Of a DNA stretch of 64,000 nucleotides, positions 1 through 11,279 are shown piece after piece; the stretch's first letter is position 1, and every line of letters begins with the position of its first letter. Both the position numbers and the translations under genes were made by a program. The stretch comes from Somniosus microcephalus (Eukaryota). The notes below the pieces were generated by a model, which saw only the letters and a list, made by a program, of their open reading frames with translations, had not been told where the DNA came from and ran no database searches. The DNA is taken from contig CM126220.1 of assembly GCA_052327205.1 (NCBI GenBank), positions 51,894,001 to 51,958,000 of the forward strand, written 5' to 3'.

Positions 1-139
1 ATTTTACACACCACGCCCGACTGCCACCGGGCCCCCGGACCCGACGACCGCCTCGCCCGCAGACGACAACGACTCGCTTACCTACACGCTAGCCTCCGTC
101 ACTCTGGATCAAGCCCGCCCACACCACCTGTCCAAGTCG

Positions 140-2890
140 ATGATGGACATCAAAGTAAACGGCCACGCCACGACCTGCCTGTTCGACAGCGGAAGCACGG
201 AGAGCTTCATCCACCCAGACACGGTGAGCCACTACTCCCTCCCTGTCCTGCCAACGCGCAACCGAATCTCGATGGCATCGAGGTCCCACGCCACGGACAT
301 TAGCGGCTACTGTGCTGTGACCTTGTCGGTTAAGGGTACAGAGTATAAAAACTTTAAACTCCTCGTCCTCCCCCAGCTCTGCGCTGCCGTCCTACTAGGG
401 CTGGACTTCCAATCCCACCTCCAAAGTGTAACCCTAGCATACGGTGGACCCCTCCCCCCACTCACAGTCGACAACCAGCGAAGGTTAAACCGCCCACCGC
501 GTAACACCTGCAGCCTATCCACCCTCAAGGTGCCGCCACCTTCCCTGTTCGCTAACCTCACCCCCGACTGCAAACCCGTCGCTACCAAGAGCAGGCGGTA
601 CAGCGCTGGGGACAGAGCTTTCATTAGCTCGGAGGTGCAGCGTCTCCTGAAGGAGGGCATCATCGAGGGGAGCAACAGCCCCTGGCGTGCCCAGGTCGTG
701 GTCGTTAAGACCGGCGATAAAAATCGCCTGGTCATCGACTACAGCCAGACCATAAACAGATACACCCAGCTGGACGCATACCCCCTTCCCCGCATATCTG
801 ACATGGTCAATCAGATTGCACAATACCGCGTATTCTCGACCATCGACCTTAAGTCGGCCTACCACCAACTCCCTATCCACCCCGAGGACCGCCAGTACAC
901 CGCCTTCGAGGCGAATGGGCGCCTATACCACTTCCTTAGGGTCCCCTTCGGTGTCACCAACGGGGTCTCGGTCTTCCAAAGGGAGATGGACCGGATGGTT
1001 GACCAGAACGGACTGCAGGCCACATTCCCCTACCTAGATAACGTCACCATCTGCGGCCGCGACCGGCAGGACCACGACGTGAATCTGGAGAAATTCCTCC
1101 GTACAGCCCAACGGCTGAACCTCACCTACAATAAGGAGAAATGTGTGTTTAACACCTCGCGCCTTGCCATCCTTGGCTGTGTAGTAGAGAACGGACTCAT
1201 CGGCCCCGACCCCGAAAGAATGCGCCCCCTCATGGAGCTACCCCTCCCCCACTGCCCTAAGGCACTTAAGAGAACCCTGGGGCTCTTCGCCTACTATGCC
1301 CAATGGGTGCCCAATTATGTGGACAAAGCCAGACCCCTCATGAAGTCCACATCCTTCCCCCTTACGGAGGAAGCGTGCGCAGCCTTCTCCCTCATTAAGG
1401 GAGACATTGCCAAGGCCACTATGCACGCAGTGGATGAGTCCATCCCCTTCCAAGTCGAGAGCGATGCATCCGACTTCGCCCTAGCCGCCACCCTTAACCA
1501 GGAGGGGAGACCGGTGGCCTTCTTCTCAAGGACCCTACAGGGCCCTGAGATCCGACACTCGTCGGTCGAGAAGGAGGCCCAGGCGATTGTGGAGGCGGTA
1601 CGACGCTGGAGGCACTACCTGGCAGGCAAACGATTTACCCTCCTTACCGACCAACGTTCGGTCGCTTTTATGTTTAATAACAAGCTGAGGGGCAAAATCA
1701 AGAATGACAAGATCTTGAGGTGGAGAATCGAGCTCTCCACCTACGATTATGATATCTTGTACCGGCCAGGTAAGCTGAACGAACCCCCCGATGCTCTGTC
1801 ACGAATTACATGCGCCAGCGCGCAAAGTGATAGACTTCAGACCCTCCACAACGACCTCTGCCACCCCGGGGTCACCAGACTTTACCACTTCATTAAGGCC
1901 CGCAACCTGCCCTACTCCATCGAGGAGGTCAGGACCATGACCAGGAACTGCCAGACCTGCGCCGAGTGCAAACCGCACTTCTTTAGGCCGGACAGAGCAA
2001 GCCTGATCAAGGCCACCCGCCCCTTCGAGCGCCTGAGCATCGACTTTAAGGGGCCCCTCCCGTCCTCTGACCGTAATGTGTACTTCCTCAACATTGTTGA
2101 TGAGTACTCCCGTTTCCCCTTTGCCTTCCCCTGCCCAGACATGACCAGTACCACGGTCATTAAATGCCTGAACGACCTCTTCGCCTTGTTCGGGTTCCCA
2201 AACTATATACATAGTGACCGGGGCTCCTCTTTCATGAGCGAGGAACTCCGTCAGTTCCTACTAGCGAGAGGTATTGCAGCAAGTAGGACCACCAGCTACA
2301 ACCCCCAAGGGAACGGCCAGGTGGAAAGAGAGAACGCGACGGTATGGAAGGCCGTCCTCTTAGCCTTAAAGTCTAAGGGCCTCCCAACCTCCCGCTGGCA
2401 GGAAGTCCTCCCGACAGCGCTGCACTCCATCCGGTCACTACTTTGCACTGCCGTTAACGCCACCCCCCATGAACGAATGTTTGTTTTCCCCAGGAAGTCG
2501 ACTACGGGAACCACTCTACCAACCTGGCTGACCTCTCCGGGGCCCGTCTTGCTGCGAAAGCACGTGAGGGCCCATAAAACAGACCCCCTGGTCGAAAGGG
2601 TGGACCTCCTGCACGCCAACCCCCAGTACGCCTACATGGCTTACCCAGACGGGCAGGAGGACACTGTCTCCTTACGAGACCTCGCACCCTCGGGCACTCC
2701 GGAGACACCACCTTTACCCCCCCCCACCACCCCCCCAATTCCAGCCCAGGTAGACGGCATGCCGAAACCCCACGAGCCTTCGCCGACCACGCAGACACCA
2801 GCACTAACACCGGATAATGCAGCACCGCCGCTGCGACGATCGGAGAGGCTTACGAGGCCTCCGGACAGACTGACATACCAGAACTGGTAG
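140..2890 (+). CDS. Gypsy Pol polyprotein (protease-RT-RNase H-integrase); frame is open from base 2, so probably the tail of a single gag-pol ORF
   Basis: LFDSGS protease; IDLKSAYHQ, PFGV.NG and YLDN in RT; ESDASD/EKE/TDQ/DALSR in RNase H; HNDLCH..CAEC zinc finger; SIDFKG, SDRGSSF, QVEREN DDE integrase; LRRSER..RPPDRL tail. Confidence 0.95.
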   Translation: MMDIKVNGHATTCLFDSGSTESFIHPDTVSHYSLPVLPTRNRISMASRSHATDISGYCAVTLSVKGTEYKNFKLLVLPQLCAAVLLGLDFQSHLQSVTLAYGGPLPPLTVDNQRRLNRPPRNTCSLSTLKVPPPSLFANLTPDCKPVATKSRRYSAGDRAFISSEVQRLLKEGIIEGSNSPWRAQVVVVKTGDKNRLVIDYSQTINRYTQLDAYPLPRISDMVNQIAQYRVFSTIDLKSAYHQLPIHPEDRQYTAFEANGRLYHFLRVPFGVTNGVSVFQREMDRMVDQNGLQATFPYLDNVTICGRDRQDHDVNLEKFLRTAQRLNLTYNKEKCVFNTSRLAILGCVVENGLIGPDPERMRPLMELPLPHCPKALKRTLGLFAYYAQWVPNYVDKARPLMKSTSFPLTEEACAAFSLIKGDIAKATMHAVDESIPFQVESDASDFALAATLNQEGRPVAFFSRTLQGPEIRHSSVEKEAQAIVEAVRRWRHYLAGKRFTLLTDQRSVAFMFNNKLRGKIKNDKILRWRIELSTYDYDILYRPGKLNEPPDALSRITCASAQSDRLQTLHNDLCHPGVTRLYHFIKARNLPYSIEEVRTMTRNCQTCAECKPHFFRPDRASLIKATRPFERLSIDFKGPLPSSDRNVYFLNIVDEYSRFPFAFPCPDMTSTTVIKCLNDLFALFGFPNYIHSDRGSSFMSEELRQFLLARGIAASRTTSYNPQGNGQVERENATVWKAVLLALKSKGLPTSRWQEVLPTALHSIRSLLCTAVNATPHERMFVFPRKSTTGTTLPTWLTSPGPVLLRKHVRAHKTDPLVERVDLLHANPQYAYMAYPDGQEDTVSLRDLAPSGTPETPPLPPPTTPPIPAQVDGMPKPHEPSPTTQTPALTPDNAAPPLRRSERLTRPPDRLTYQNW

Positions 2891-2932
2891 TACACTTCAC
2901 CCCGCCGGACTCAAATCTAAACAAGGGGTGAA

Positions 2933-3233
2933 TGTGGTAAACCACTTTTATCGTTACACTATAGTTATCACTGTTGTATTGTTATCACCGTTATCACTGT
3001 TGTATCACGATACGAGGTCGCCTCTTGTCGCGCTGTTATACCTGGGCTGACCACCTCCGACTCCGCCCATGGCTCCACCTACCTGCCCAGGTATAAAGGT
3101 AGTCGACTGGCTGGTATTCCTCCTTGTTGGACCCGATCACCCACGAGTGTGGGCTCTGTTATTTAGTCAATAAAAACCTTTAGTTACGTTCCTAACTCGT
3201 CGCTTTTTATTGGACAAATTGATAGGTATATCA
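2933..3233 (+). repeat. 3' LTR (301 bp) of the first Gypsy element
   Basis: Starts TGTGG directly after the PPT and ends TATCA; TATAAA at 3092-3097 and AATAAA at 3169-3174. Confidence 0.85.
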
Positions 3234-3357
3234 ATGGGTTTTTACGACAATCCGATAGTTTCATTATCACCATTACTGATACTAGCTTTTTATTCCAGAT
3301 TTATTTAATTAACTGAATTTAAATTCCCCAGCTGCCGTGGTGGGATTTGAACTCACG
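3234..3357 (-). mobile_element. 5' part of a tRNA-derived SINE, truncated by the Gypsy insertion
   Basis: Reverse complement matches the SINE copy at about 27650-27775, including the B-box-like GAGTTCAAATCCC. Confidence 0.7.
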
Positions 3358-3489
3358 TGTGTGCGTATAATCTATTCGTAATACTACTTCACCAAACATT
3401 AACCTTGGTTACCAAATAATTTAGAAATGATTTTTGTGCCTTACTCAGCTAATTTTACCATCAACAAGTACATCAGATCAAATGGGATT

Positions 3490-5200
3490 ACCATCGCTGA
3501 ATCCCCCACCATCAACATCCTGGGGGGGTCACCATTGACCAGAAACGTAGCTTAACTAGCCACATAAAAACTATGGCTACAAGGGCAGGTCAGATGCTGG
3601 GTGTTCTGCGGCAAGTGTCTCACCTTCTGACTCCCCAAAGCCTTTCCACCATCTACAAGGCACAAGTCAAGAGCGTCATGGAATAATCTCCACTTGCCTG
3701 GATGAGTGCAGCTCCAGCAACACTCAAGAAGCTCGACACCATCCAGGACAAAGCAGTCCGCTCGATTGACACCCCATCCACCACCTTAAACATTCACTTA
3801 CTCCACCACCGGCGTACCGTGGCTGCAGTGTGTACCATCTACAAGATGCACTGCAGCAACTCGCCAAGGCTTCTTCAACAGCACCTCCCAAACCCGCGAC
3901 CTCTACCACCTAGAAGGACAAGGGCAGCAGACCCATGGGAACACCATCACCACTAAGTTCTCCTCCAAGTCGCACACCATCCTGACTTGGAAATATATCG
4001 CCGTTCCTTCATCGTCGCTGGGTCAAAATCCTGGAACTCCCTCCCTAACTCCCTTCTGCAGGGCTCAGTACTAGGTCCCTTGCTTTTTGTGGTATATAGC
4101 AACGATCTTGACTTGAATATAGGGGGTATGATTAAGAAGTTTGCAGATGATACTAAAATCGGCTATGTGGTTGATACTGAAGAAGGAATCTGTAGACTGC
4201 AGGAAGATATCAATAAATTGGTCAGGTGGGCAGAACAGTGGCAAATGGAATTCAATCTGGAGAAGTGTGAGGTAATGCATTTGGGAAGGGCTAACAAGGA
4301 AAGGGAATATACATTAAATGGTAGGACACTGAGTAGTGTAGAGGAACAAAGGGACCTTGGAGTGCATGTCCACGGATCCCTGAAGGTAGCAGGCCAAGTA
4401 GATAAGGTGGTTAAGAAGGCATATGGAATGCTTGCCTTTTGTTAGATGTGGCATAGAATACAAGAGCAGGGGGGTTGTGTGTCAACTGTATAAAACACTA
4501 GTTAGGCCTCAGCTAGAGTACTGCGTGCAGTTCTGGTCACCACATTACAGGAAAGATGTGATTGCACTAGAGAGGGTACAGAGGAGATTTACAAGGATGT
4601 TGCCGGGAGTAGAGAATCTTAGCTATGAGGAAAGACTGGGTCTGTTTTCCTTGGAACAAAGGAGGCTGAGGGGAGACCTTATTGAGGTGTATAAAATTAT
4701 GAGGGGCATAGATAAAGTGGATAGGAAGGACCTATTTCCCTTAGCAGAGGGGTCAAAAACCAGGGGGCACAGATTTAAAGTAATTGGTGGAAGGTTTAGA
4801 GGGGATTTGAGGGGAAATTTCTTCACCCAGAGGGTTGTGGGGGTCTGGAACTCACTGCCTGAAAGGGTGGTAGAGGCAGGAACCCTAACCACATTTAAAA
4901 AGTACTTGGATGTGCACTTGGGATGCTCTAACCTGCAGGGCAACGGACCAAGAGCTGGGAAGTGGGATTAGGCTGGATAGCTCTTTGTTGGCCAGCGCGG
5001 ACACAATGGACCGAAATGGCCTCCTTCCGTGCTGTAACTTTCTATGATTCTATGATTCCTAACAGCACTGTGGGAGTACCTTCACCTCACGAACTGCAGC
5101 AGTTCAAGGCGGCTCACCACCACCTTCTCAAGGGTAATTAGGGATGGGCAATAAATGCTGGCTCTGCCAGTGACGTCCACATCCCATGAATGAATTTTAA
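3490..5200 (+). mobile_element. 3' fragment of a non-LTR LINE, split by a CR1 insertion at 4050-5057
   Basis: Encodes MSAAPATLKKLDTIQDKA..RRTVAAVCTIYKMH; near-identical copy at 56805-57417; host sequence CCTAAC..AGCACTGTGG resumes after the insert. Confidence 0.8.
4050..5057 (+). mobile_element. 5'-truncated CR1 LINE
   Basis: QGSVLGP, FADDTK and RPQLEYCVQFWSP motifs; (ATTCTATG)n tail; apparent CCTAAC duplication at 4044-4049 and 5058-5063. Confidence 0.92.
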
Positions 5201-5719
5201 AAGTCTTCAAATTGTCCCATTAGTACGTGCTACCAAATATGCTGGTGAAAAGGTTCAAGTCAAGTGTGCAGCCATGTGAACTTTAACTACTTTTTCTTGT
5301 TCGTGACATATTGATATTCACAAATATATTTCTTAAATGATTGCAACTAGGGCAGAAGTGAACAGTTCAGGCCTTTCTTTTTGTTCAAATGTCAGGCACT
5401 GGACTCTGCTCTTTTACCTCTTGGATAACAGCACAGATTCAGCTGAGCCCAAACCGAGTAGATAAAAACATATAGCACAGAATGACATTCAACCCATTAA
5501 ACTCACTCACTTCCATTAACCATGTATAAATCACTCTACTGTGGCCTGTAACCAAACTATTTATTCTGCCGAGTAAAGTTCTGCAGAAATACTGCTCAAT
5601 CCCCAAAGGCAATCAACCCAAACGCCACATTATTCAAACCTAACTGCTGCCATCCACAGGCAAACTCTCTCCTTTTCCTGCAGCAATGGAACCAGTGAGA
5701 ATTTGATTATCTTGGTGCA

Positions 5720-6330
5720 TATTTAACTCTATACCATTCAAAGCTGTTCCTAACCAGATATTTATTCAGTTCCTTCTGAAGAAGTTGATTGACCACATCA
5801 GCTGCTGTCAGTGGCACTCTGTTCTGCATATCCACTTAGATACATTGCTTCTCATCTCAGATCTTGCTCGAGGCTTATTAACTTAGAATCAATGTTCTCC
5901 ATTTCTACATTTTCGATGCATCTCAGGATTCTAAAGATCTGGATTATGCTCTCAAGACTCATTTTTTCTCCAATTAAAACAAGTTCAGCTCCACAGTCTC
6001 TCCTCAAAAGAATTCCGGTACATTAGTACATGAAATATTTCCAAACCCAGGACAAGTTTTCTTGGTTGCCTCTGTGTTGTTCACGAGTACTGTTAGTATC
6101 CCATAATATACATTCAAACATGTTCCCCCATGCAGATATCATGCTCACTGGCATAGTTTAGAGTCATGTATCACTTCTTTCTTTCAATACTAGAAATGGC
6201 TTTTGCTATCCTTGGGTACAGTTCCTGAATTGACAGTTCACAAAAATGTTATCCAAAATCTGGCCGATTTCCACTCTCATTTCTTTAAGGATTCTCGGTG
6301 GACCTGCATCTAGCCCTGGGTGCCTTGGAG
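5720..6330 (-). mobile_element. highly decayed CR1-like fragment
   Basis: Minus strand reads ...GAGGAGAGACTGTGGAGCTGAACTTGTTTT...ATCCAGATCTTTAGAATCCTGAG, resembling the EERL..L.LF / IQIFRIL segment of CR1 ORF2. Confidence 0.4.
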
Positions 6331-6489
6331 ACAATTGAGGTTGCTGTTCCTTCACAACTTACTTTACTGTGCCCACTATGCTGTTTGGATGAGAATTGTT
6401 AGATCTGGAATTTGGCTAGACTATTTATGAATTAAACCATGCCTTTATAGAGTGCTTTTATCACATTTCTCAGAAACATCCCAAAACAT

Positions 6490-6760
6490 CAATTTGCATT
6501 TACTGTATATAGAGCCTTTTGACATAGAAAAATGTCCAACGGTGCTTCACAAAAGCACAGTCAGATAAAAATCGATACTGAGCCAAAGGAGATATTGGGA
6601 GGGGTGAGCAAAAGCTTGGTCAAAGAGGTGGTGGGTTTTAAGGAGGGTCTTAAAGGAGAGAGAGGTGTAGGTTTATGGAGAGATTTCCAGAGCATAGGGC
6701 GTAGAGAGCTGAAGGCACAGTTGTGGGAGAGAGTGGAGGATGCACAAAAGGCCAAAGTTC
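6490..6760 (-). mobile_element. L2 LINE 3' end fragment
   Basis: Reverse complement of the L2 tail seen at 44545-45080 (CCTTTAAGACCCTCCTTAAAACC, TTTGACCAAGCTTTTG). Confidence 0.65.
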
Positions 6761-6764
6761 AAGG

Positions 6765-8915
6765 AAAGCACTTTGCATACAACAAGTTACTTTGAAGTAC
6801 AGTCACTGTTGTTATGTAGCTGAATGGAGGAGCCTTTTTGCACACAGTAAGGTATCACTGGTGTTGACTGAGGGAAGAATATTGGTCAGGATACCAGAAG
6901 AATTCCCAGCTCTGTTTCATATGTTACCATGAACATAAGAACATAAGAAATAGGAGCAGGAGTAGACCATTCGGCCCCTCGAGTCTGCTCCGCCATTCAA
7001 TGAGATCATGGCTGATCTTCTGCCTCAACTCCATTCACCGGCCCTATCGGCATATCCTTTGACGCCTTTACTAATCAGAAATCTATTGACTTCTGTTTTG
7101 AATATACCCAATGACTGAGCCTCCACAGCCCTCTGGGGTAGAGAATTCCAAAGATACACCACACTCTGTGAAATTTCTTCTCATCTCAGTCCTGAATGGC
7201 CTACCCTTTATCCAGAGGCTGTGGCCCCTGGTTCTAGACTCCCCAGCCAAGGGAAACATTCTCCCAGCATCCACCCTATCAAGCCCTGTAATAATTTTGT
7301 ATGCTTCAATGAGATCCCCTCTCATTCTTCTGAATTCAAGAGAATACAGGCCTAGTTTACTCAATCTCTTCTCATACGACAGTCCCGCCATCCCAGGAAT
7401 CAATCTTGTGAACCTTCGTTGCACTCCCTCTATGGCAAGTATATCCTTCCTTAGGTAAGGAGACCAAAATTGTACACACTACTCCAGGTGTGGTCTCACC
7501 AAGGCCCTATATAATTGGAGTAAGACTTCTTTACTCCTGTAATCAAATCCTCTTGTAATGAAGGCCAGCATACCATTTGCCTTCCTAACTTTCAGTGACT
7601 CATGTGCAAGGACACCCAGGTCCCTTTGAGCATCTGCATTCCCCAATCTTTCACCATTTAGGAAATACTCTGCCTTTCTGTTTTTTCTACCAAAATGGAT
7701 AACTTCACATTTATCCACATTATATTCTATCTGCCATGTTCTCGCCCACTCACTGAGCCTGTCGAGATCCCCTTGAAGCCTCTGCACATCCTCTTCACAA
7801 CTGACACCTAGCTTTGTATCATCAGCAAATTTGGAAATGTTACATTTAGTCCCCTCATCCAAATCATTGATATAGATTGTGAACAGCTGGGGCCCAAGCA
7901 CCGACCCTTGCGGTACCCCACTTGTCACAGCCTGCCATCCTAAAAAAGACCAGTTTATCCCTACTCTTTCTTTTCCGTCTGTTAACCAATTCTCAATCTA
8001 TGCTAGTATATTACCCCCAATTCCATGTGCCCTAATTTTGTTCACCAAACTCGTGTGGGACCTTATCGAATGCCTTCCGAAAATCCAGATACACCACATC
8101 TACCGGTTCTCCTTTGTCTACTCCACTAGTTACATCCTCAAAAAACTCCAATAGGTTTGTCAAACAGGATTTCCCTTTCATAAATCCATGTTGACTCTGC
8201 CCAATCTTACTATTAGTTTCTAAGTGCCCAGTTATTGCATCCTTTATAATAGATGCCAGCATTTTCCCAACTACTGATGTGAGGCTAACAGATCTGTAGT
8301 TCCCCGTTTTCTCTCTCTCTCCTTTCTTAAATAGCGGAGTTACATTTGCTATCCTCCAATCTGCAGGAACCGTTCCAGAATTTATAGAATTTTGGAAGAC
8401 GACAACCAATGCGTCCACTATCCCAATGGCCACCTCTTTCAAAACCCTAGGATGTAGGTCATCCGGTCCTTGGGATTTATCGACTTTTAGTCCCATTAAT
8501 TTTGCTAGTACTGTTTTTCTACTATTAATGATTTCTTTAAGTTCCTCATTCTCACCACACTCTTGGTTTTCTCGTATTTCTGGGAGGTTTTGTGTGTCTT
8601 CCTCTGTGAAGACAGAAACAAAGTATTTATTTAATTTCTCTGCCATTTCCTCATTCCCAATTATAAATTCTCCCGTCGCTGACTGTAAAGGGCCTACATT
8701 TACCTTCGCCAGTCTTTTCTTGTGTGGGATGACATCTCGAATACTTAACCCACCAGAACAAACTGACAAGGCATCGGTTTAACAGCTCATCCAACAGTGC
8801 AGCACTCCTTTAGTATCGCACTGAATCGTCAGGCTAGATTATGTCCCAAATCCTGAGGTGGGGCTTGTACCCCAACTTTCTGACTCAAGGGTGCAACCAA
8901 CTGAGCCAAATTGAC
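6765..8915 (-). mobile_element. DeuSINE/SacSINE1-like SINE in two pieces (6765-6931 and about 8722-8915), split by a CR1
   Basis: Both pieces match consecutive parts of the SINE at 47171-47620 (CCAACAGTGCAGCACTCC, CTGACTC). Confidence 0.6.
6932..8720 (-). mobile_element. 5'-truncated CR1 LINE with frameshifted ORF2 RT
   Basis: Minus ORFs contain [30 protein letters not shown] and FADDTK; tail repeat AACATAAG at 6932. Confidence 0.92.
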
Positions 8916-9062
8916 ACTGTAAGGACTTATATGAAGATCCATTTGACATTGTACTGATGCTCAGTATTTCTACCCAATCGCTTAAATCTGCAGTCTTTAA
9001 CACACCCCTATTGTGCATCCCTCTTCATGCGATCTAGAATCTGTCTCTCTTTTGCCCTTTCC

Positions 9063-10368
9063 TTGGAAAGCAGTGACAGGATCGGACAAAGTCAACATGG
9101 ATTTACAAAAGGTAAATCATGCTGGACTAATCTACTGGAATTTTTTGAGGATGTAACTGGTAAAATAGATAAGGGAGAACCAGTGGATGTGGTGTATTTG
9201 GACTTTCAGAAGGCTTTCGATAAGGTCCCGCATAAGAGATTAGCATGCAAAATTAAGGCACATGGGATTGGGGGCAAGGTATTGACTTGCATAGAGAACT
9301 GGTTGACAGATAGAAAGCAAAGAGTTGGAATAAATGGGTCGTTTTCCGAGTGGCAGGCAGTGACTAGTGGGGTACCGCAAGGATCGGTCCTAGGACCCCA
9401 GCTGTTCTCAATATATATTAATGATCTGGACAAGGGAACTGGATGTAATATCTCCAAATTTGCAGATGACACAAAGCTGGGTGGGAGGAGGATATCGTGA
9501 AACTCCAGTATGATTTGGACAGGTTAGGTGATTGGGCAGAAACATGGCAAATGCACTATAATGTGGATAAATGTGAGGTTATCCACTTTGGTGGCAAAAA
9601 CAGGAAGGCAGATTATTATTTGAATGCACTTCCCCTTCTCCCAATCTATTGCCAAAGAGACCTGGGTGTTCTTGTGCACCAGTCGCTGAAGGTAAGCATG
9701 CAGGTGCAGCAGGCGGTTAAGGCGGCAAATAGTATGTTGGCCTTCGTAGCAAGAGGGTTCGAGTACAGGAACAAAGATGTCTTGCTGCAGTTGTACAGGG
9801 CCTTGGTGAGACCGCACCTTGAGTATTGTGTGCAGTTTTGGTCGCCTTATCTGAGGAAGGATGTTCTTGCCATGGAAGGAGTGCAGCGAAGATTCACCAG
9901 GCTGATACCTGGGATGGCAGGAATGACGTATGAGGAGAGACTGTGTCGATTGGGCTTATACTCACTGGAGTTTAGAAGATTGAGAGGGGATCTCATCGAA
10001 ACCTATAAAATTCTGTCAGGCCTGGACAGACTAGATGCAGGATGTTCCCGATTGCCGGGGAGTCCAGAACCAGGGGTCATAGTATAAGGATAAGGGGTAA
10101 GACATTTAGGACTGAGATGAGGAGGAATTTCTTCACCCAGAGAGTGGTGAACCTGTGGAATTCTCTGCCACAGAGGGCAGTGGAGGCCAGTTCATTAAAT
10201 ATATTCAAGAAGGAGTTGGATATATTTCTTAAGGCTAAAGGAAACAAGGGATATGGGGAGAAGGCAAGGACAGGGTACTGAATTTGGATGATCAGCCATG
10301 ATCTCATTGAATGGCGGAGCAGGCTCGAAGGGCCGAATGGCCTACTCCTGCTCCTATCTTCTATGTTT
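9063..10368 (+). mobile_element. 5'-truncated CR1 LINE
   Basis: [40 protein letters not shown]; 3' end CCTACTCCTGCTCCTATCTTCTATGTTT. Confidence 0.93.
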
Positions 10369-10605
10369 CCTTCCTCATCCCTTCTCCACTGGCTTTATAA
10401 AAACATAGAAACATAAAAGATAGGAGCACGAGTAGGCCATTTGGCCCCTCGAGCCTGCTCCGCCATTTAATCAGATCATGGCTGATCATCCAAATTCAGT
10501 ACTCTTTCCCTGCTTTCTCCCCATATCCCTTTAGCCTTAAGAAATATATCTAACTCCTTCTTGAATATATTTAATGAATTGGCCTCAACTGCCTTCTGTG
10601 GTAGA

Positions 10606-10818
10606 TGTAGTGCATGTACCTTTAAGGGGAGAACTACTTTTTACAGCTCCCGTATACTGTAGTACCGGCAGTGTCCACACTTGTATATAAACCCTGAGTA
10701 GGGATCTGTACTTTAGTTTTAGAGTAACCTGCATCCAGTAAACACCTGTTAATTGTTCCTCTGCAGTCTCTGTCGATTTATTGAAGAACACCATACATCA
10801 ACATTCACGGATTCAACA
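10606..10818 (+). repeat. 5' LTR of outer Gypsy
   Basis: TGTAGTG...TTCAACA; direct repeat of 19533-19745 with about 8 substitutions by eye. Confidence 0.95.
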
Positions 10819-11279
10819 GTGGCGACGAGTCGATTCGAACCTACCTCCAATTCTGTAGAAGGCCGATTCCACCAGTGCGGGCATCGACCATCTGGAGAGG
10901 ACTTGAACATCGCAGAGGAGGCTGTGGAGAGCTGGGCTTGGTTCCCCAGTCGAGACGATCCAGCACAGCGGGCTGGCAGCAGGTACGGCGCAGACCCTTC
11001 CCGGACGGCAGCGGCTGGAGCCGACCGACGGCACCGAAAAAGGCCGAGCAGCGTCGACGGGGTAAGAGAGAGGGTGAAGCGCACAGGGCGCAGCCGGGGT
11101 TGAAGACCGAGCGACGTCAACGAGAGAAGGGAAAACGCGCAGAGCGCGGCCGGGGTTTCAAGGGCTGAGCAGCGTCCGCGGGGGGAAGAAAGAAGCGCGG
11201 GAGACGCCATTTTGAGCCAGCGGAGAAGAAGGGAGAGCGCGGGAGACGCCATTTTTAGCCAGTCTAACCACACCCAAGG

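Larger units (their letters stand above)
1..3233 (+). mobile_element. Ty3/Gypsy LTR retrotransposon, 3' part (5' end lies left of the window)
   Basis: Uninterrupted pol ORF, polypurine tract AACAAGGGGTGAA ending at 2932, then a TG...CA bounded LTR; SINE sequence follows at 3234. Confidence 0.95.

Noticed and set aside
307-2895. Multiple antisense ORFs over Gypsy pol, and likewise over CR1 copies
   Set aside because: Shadow ORFs from codon bias and high GC; no recognisable motifs.
10819-11279. Extra ORFs in the 5' leaders of the nested Gypsies (also 13523-14016)
   Set aside because: GC-rich untranslated leaders with short internal duplications; the ORFs are not shared between the two related elements.
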